This document shows positions 62,201 to 64,000 of a DNA stretch of 64,000 bases, piece by piece. The position numbers were made by a program, and so were the translations under genes. The notes beneath the pieces were generated by a model. It was not told where the DNA came from and made no database searches. It saw nothing but the letters and a program-made list of their open reading frames with translations. Positions within the stretch are counted from its first letter, which is position 1. Every line of letters begins with the position of its first letter. Origin of the DNA: Amphiscolops sp. MND2022 (Eukaryota). The DNA lies in NCBI GenBank assembly GCA_964187785.1, contig OZ076409.1, positions 11,224,001-11,288,000 of the forward strand. Reading direction: 5' to 3'.

Positions 62201-63025
62201 GCGAATTGTTAATCAGGCAAGTTTTAGTTTGAAAACTCCCTCAGTTCAAATTCTGCGTTGCGCGAACGTTAACTTTCGTATTCCAAAGTCTCCTACAAAT
62301 TATTTAGTTGTTCTGTAAGTAAAGTTTAGAATAACTCAAAGGTCTTTGATTCTTCCGTGTCCCAGTCCTCGGTTGATCTATTTATTCATCACTTTGTTTA
62401 CAGTTGTTTTAATATACTTGTAATTAGCCGGAGTAGACGAGTAAAGTCACGCGGCCTAATTGGTTCAAATCTAAAATCAGTTGGTGTAATTTTTATGATT
62501 ATTGATAAAAGCAAATGTTTAAGTATTGTGTGTATTTAAATAAAAACCTTACCTGAAAGAATGTACCACTTGATGATACAATAAATCGTGACTGATAATA
62601 CTACCACATATCAACCCCTGTTGCTAATACCCAAAAAAACCCAAGAGGCCGTTGGCCGTACATGTCAACCATTATTATGAAATGTCATGTAAACTTACTG
62701 ATGCATTTAATTCTATACGTATGTTGTTCTAGTTTAGTCAGCACGCCCCCGGACTTTTATTAGGTGCTTTGATCTTGCCGTACTCATAAAAAACGGTGAT
62801 GTGATTAAACTTTTTATAGAATTGATGGTTCCATACTTATGTCTGGAGCTATTTTCAGACTACATTTTCCTGAGTGTCATGCCCTGCTGGGTATTTGAAG
62901 ACAATCAGAAGACACAATTGTTATAAGATTCATACAATAAAAGGTACTTTTGTCAAAGGTGATACTTCAAAGTTGGAAATTTGAATTACAGAAAAAATTT
63001 AAATATTCCTCTTGTACTCTCACTA

Positions 63026-63410
63026 ATGCCTTCCGCCAGAAGACAGAACGCTAAAGCTAAAAAATCTAGAGAAATGGATATTTTATCTAATTATGGCAAC
63101 ATGCACATAGTGCTAGGAGAGGGAAATGCAAACTCCATTGAAAGAGATCTTGATAATGTTATAAATGGCCCAGAAAGGCACCAGGACTTCAATACCTTAC
63201 CTATTAGAAGAAGATCATCTCAGGAAAATGAGATCAGGAATTTAGATAAAAGAAATGGCCCTGATAGCCAAGACGGAAGTGAAGATTCCATTGAAATTTT
63301 ATGAAATGAATTTATTGCTAGACTGTCCCAAAAGATGAATTCACAGCTAGTGCAGACACAGATCAATAGGGCCATTTGTTCAGCCATAAATGATAGAGTA
63401 ATACTTGCTG
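63026..63410 (+). pseudogene. Degenerate coding fragment, possibly retroelement gag-like
   Basis: MPSARRQNAKAKKSREMDILS... continues past the stop at 63304 as NEFIARLSQKMNS..QINRAICSAINDRVI, then repeat sequence; identity not established. Confidence 0.3.
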
Positions 63411-64000
63411 GGACAAGCAAGTCCCAGAGGGTGTCTTTCGTGCTCTGAAAACGCTTCAAAAGTTCGGATATAGCGTGCTGGGCCACATGGGAGCACTTTA
63501 TCAGAACTTCGGCCTCCTCCTTAGTAAAGGGCAACTTATTTCGGACATAAGGTCAAAGATTAGATATAGCGCAATAATTTCGATTCTTCGCTTCCTCCTT
63601 AGTAAAAAGCAATATAGTTCGGACATAACGGCGAAAATGCGGATATAGCGCAAAATTCTCGAATTTCACTTTGGATACAATATCAAAAATTCAAATAGTA
63701 TTAAGTAAAATTATCGCTGAAAACATATTGAGAAAATCTAATATCAGATGAAAAATGAAAAATTTGCACCGTCTCGTTGTGCCAAAAAATGAAGAGGGGA
63801 CCTTTTGAGATTTTTAAACATCGTTTCAGTTGCAAAATATCAAAAAAATTGAAGAAGGATGTCGATACGCTCCTGATTGTGAGAACTTGATGTTCTCAGA
63901 GCGTTTTCTCCCTCGAGGCGAAAGGTAAACTGTTGGATTAGTGTCGATAATAACCCTTTAATCTCGTTCATTTCGGGTTTTAATTTCGCCATTTGGCCAT

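Overview
AT-rich, repeat-dense eukaryotic (animal-like) genomic DNA with spliceosomal introns. The centrepiece is a full-length 15.4-kb Polinton/Maverick (adintovirus-like endogenous DNA virus) at 13287-28679, with perfect 47-bp AGTAGT-ended TIRs and a 6-bp TSD (ATCGGA). It encodes pPolB, a retroviral-type integrase, a packaging ATPase, an adenain protease, major and minor capsid proteins, a core protein and a PLA2-like protein. It sits inside the last intron of a host sphingomyelin-synthase-family gene. Unusual features of the element: (i) the integrase is preceded by a 2A/StopGo-like peptide (LIRAGIELNPGP) and a PHD finger and has no C-terminal chromodomain; (ii) pPolB has N-terminal C2H2 fingers and can be extended through two 73-74 nt GT-AG introns into an acidic tail with an NLS-like motif; (iii) an HUH-motif ORF lies next to the parvovirus-type PLA2; (iv) there is a spliced PC4-like gene. 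Host genes: a ZNRF-type RING E3 ligase, an SMS-family gene with duplicated first exons, MRPL18, and a secreted PAN + C-type lectin protein. The rest is non-autonomous repeats (Helentron/HINE-like, MITEs, a Tc1 remnant) and a 1.55-kb tandem duplication. All calls come from reading motifs by eye; no database searches were run.
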